DNA of 64,000 nt, taken from Lytechinus pictus (taxonomy: Eukaryota). A model generated the notes under the pieces. It was not told where the DNA came from. It ran no database searches and was given only the letters and a program-made list of their open reading frames with translations. Below, piece by piece: positions 61,140 to 64,000 of the stretch. The translations under genes and the position numbers were made by a program. The stretch is from positions 12,836,001 through 12,900,000 of the forward strand of contig NC_087263.1 in the NCBI RefSeq assembly GCF_037042905.1. The letters are read 5' to 3'. The number at the start of each line of letters is the position of its first letter. The stretch's first letter is position 1.

Positions 61140-61990
61140 TAGAGCCTTTTGGACAAGTGAATTAGTCTCTGGACATTTAAAGGACAAGTCCACCCCAACA
61201 AAAAGTTGATTTGAAAAAAGGAGAACAATCCAGCAAGCAAAACACTGAAAATTTCATCAAAATCGGATGTAAAATAAGAAAGCTATGACATTTTAAAGTT
61301 TCGCTTAATTTCACAAACAGTTATATGCACATCCTGGTCGGTATGCAAATTGGCAGACTGATGACGTCACCCACTCACTATTTCTTTTGTATTTTATTAT
61401 ATGAAATATTCTAATTTTCTCCTCCTTGTCAAGGGAAACAAAGTTTCATTTCTCCCCGAACATGTGGAATTACCATTATTTTAACAGTTTATGGTTAAGT
61501 TAAGATGGTCCTTGTCAAATCTGTAAAAATTGAAATATTGTATTATTCAAACAATAAAAAACAAAAGAAATAGTGAGTGATGGACATCATCGACTCTCTC
61601 ATTTGAATACCACTGAGTTGTGCATTTTACTGTTTTGTGAAAAAAAGCGAAACTTAAAAATGTCATAACTTTCTTTTTTCCATCCGATTTCGATAAAATT
61701 TGCAGCGTTATGTTTGTTTGATTTTTCTCTATCGATTCAAATCAACAATTTTCTGGGGTGGACTTGACCTTTAAAGAGAGGGTCGTGGGTTCGTCTCCCA
61801 GCCATGGCGTAATTTTCTTCAGCAAGAAATCGATCCACTTTGTGCTGCACTCAATCCAAGTGAGGTAAATGTGTATCGGCAGGAAGTAATTCCTGTTAAA
61901 GCTGTGTGCACCAGAACTGGTAACCAAGATTAGCTTGGGTTATATTATAGGTGCAAGGTGGATGTGCGTGCTAAACAAAAATCCTATTTT
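61140..61990 (+). mobile_element. Old tRNA-derived SINE split by the TTAA MITE
   Basis: A-box-like tggacaagtgaattag before 61177; B box gggttcgtctcc and body ccactttgtgctgcactcaatccaagtgaggtaaatg after 61774. Confidence 0.55.
61181..61770. mobile_element. Kolobok-type MITE with TTAA TSD
   Basis: ttaa|aggacaagtccacccca ... tggggtggacttgacct|ttaa; long imperfect arms; a partial left end of the same family lies at 31733-31850. Confidence 0.88.
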
Positions 61991-62730
61991 ATGTTGAATA
62001 ACTGTTACAAAGCTACCCCGTGCGTGTAAATCTTACCAATGCACTGAATGATGTGTATCATTTATATACTATTAACTAGCCATTATGTGTATAAGGAAAA
62101 TAACAATAACAAGAGGCGCCAAAATCTTGAAAAACAAAATTACATTTCTAATGTACACGTATAACAAATAAACTTGCATGGACAAACTTCAAATTGGTCA
62201 TTACACATTTGCAAGAATAGCATGACGTTATATCTTTGTTACCTATCATAGTGGCTATGAAATCACATGAATTAATGGAAACAAACGTAAAATTTAAATT
62301 GAATCATAACAAGAACACGACTGATCATGGCAATGGTCATAACATTAGAAATAATGATTATTTGCAAAGTAAAAAAAATAAAATCATGACATTGAAACAA
62401 CAACTACAACAACAAAGATAATAAACAATCATTATTGATACAACGATAATGATAATGAAATCTAAAATACCCCATAAAACAGTAAAAATGAAGAGAATTA
62501 AACAAACTAAGCAGAAAATATGCTACTGTTTTCGTTTCAATTAAATGATCTGTTAATGATTACTCGAAAATAATTTTTTCTATATTTTCCCGTTTAGATT
62601 TTTCATTTTTTCGCACATAACACGATTTTTAAGAAATAGAAAGTTGATAAAAAACAGAAACATTATGAAATAAACAAAAACAAACGTCAAAAAGGCCTTT
62701 GGTATATCCTAAATACTCACTCACAAAACA

Positions 62731-62973
62731 GGGCCCCGTCTTACAAAGAGTTGCGATTGATACGATCTATTACAACTATGGACGGCCAGCAATGTCAACA
62801 TCTAATTTGCAAATTTGTTCAAAAATATTCTCTAGATATGATATATATTCATACATTCATCATTTTCTTTGTATACTGAGGACATTTCATGGAGAAAAGA
62901 ATTGTGGTATAGATGGATTTCCATATATTTGAGATTGATTGGATCGATCGTAACCCTTTGTAGGACTGGGCCC
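62731..62973. mobile_element. Harbinger-type MITE
   Basis: gggccccgtcttacaaagagttgcgattgat ... atcgatcgtaaccctttgtaggactgggccc; TSD not clean. Confidence 0.75.
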
Positions 62974-64000
62974 GTGTCATTTGGACTCTAGAAAGCATGT
63001 GGTTTTTCTTTTTAATTAACTCTATTTTTTACTTTCATTGATAATCATTGTATCGTTTTTGTTATATGTATTTTTGTATGTAAAGGGCTCTCTCGAAAAG
63101 CAGATTTTAAGTTCTGAGGAGGCCACCCTGTCTAAAGAAAAGAGAAATGAATGAATAAATAAATATATAAATATATCCCCCCCAAAAAAAAACCGCACTC
63201 TTGTTTTTTCCTAAATGTAAAACCACTTCTCAGTGACTTCTCATGGCAAGAATGACGGCAGGACATACTGTATTTTAACGTGAGCGTAGGAAGAGTACAT
63301 TACATTGAAACGTAGATGGCGCTAAAGTAATTGTGAAAACGGCCAAAACTTCCCCGTTAACCGGTGAATGGTCATAAACATACACCAGTGTCTCCACGTG
63401 CATGATACAAGCAGGATTGCAAGTCCCCACTTGCATACAACTGTGCAAAGTGTTTTGTATTTATTTATCGCTCCAGGGAAAATCATAAATAACATAAATT
63501 TTCTTTTTAAAATAATGTAAAATCACGACATTTTTCTTTTTACATAGCAATTTTTGTAATCAATGTGATAAAAGAATAATGTGAAATCGAACTTATTAAG
63601 TACAACGTTTGCGAGTTTAGCGTGATCCAGTTAAGTTAGGCTGCAGAGGCGAGCTGACGTCAGACACTTTGTTGGTTCTGTGTGCAGTGCGTAGCTGAAC
63701 AAGGCTTGGTTTAGTGCTTACGTGTGGTTTTTCGTTCTTTGTTGGTGAGGGTGCGTGCGTGTGTGTTTCTGTGTGTGTGTGTGTGGGGGAGGGGAAGGCC
63801 ACACCCTTTCCTTTTTATAATCTAATCGATGGTATTGGTATTATATGATTTGGATAAACCAAACGTCTCTTTTTGATATTTTCATAATTTTTTCTTCCCT
63901 TTTTTTCCACGCTTTACTATAAAATGTTGATCCTTCAAATTGCATCTGATTTACATTACTTTGTATTATCATATTTTAATGGAAATCAAATAAATGTCGA

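Overview
AT-rich, intron-containing animal genomic DNA, dominated by repeats. The repeat repertoire looks echinoderm/sea-urchin-like, but that is an inference. One host gene can be assembled by hand across 15 kb: seven + strand coding exons (26531-41871) with GT-AG junctions in compatible phase. It encodes a 280-aa secreted prepro-protein whose ~104-aa mature domain after SKR is a neurotrophin/Spaetzle-type cystine knot ending WEFIQVPSCCSC. The ORF track misses it because the exons are short. The rest of the window is nested transposons: two large foldback palindromes (4.5-8.4 kb and 49.3-54.0 kb), two Helentron/DINE-like elements, many MITEs with readable TIRs/TSDs, tRNA-derived SINEs, a decayed L2-type LINE and a decayed Neptune-type Penelope-like retroelement (RT + GIY-YIG). 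Beside the Penelope element is a ~400-bp repeat in tandem and inverted copies between (TA)n tracts. It carries a complete 72-nt tRNA-like cloverleaf with TCA at the anticodon position, followed by a T6 Pol III terminator. No database searches were run; family names come from motif recognition only.
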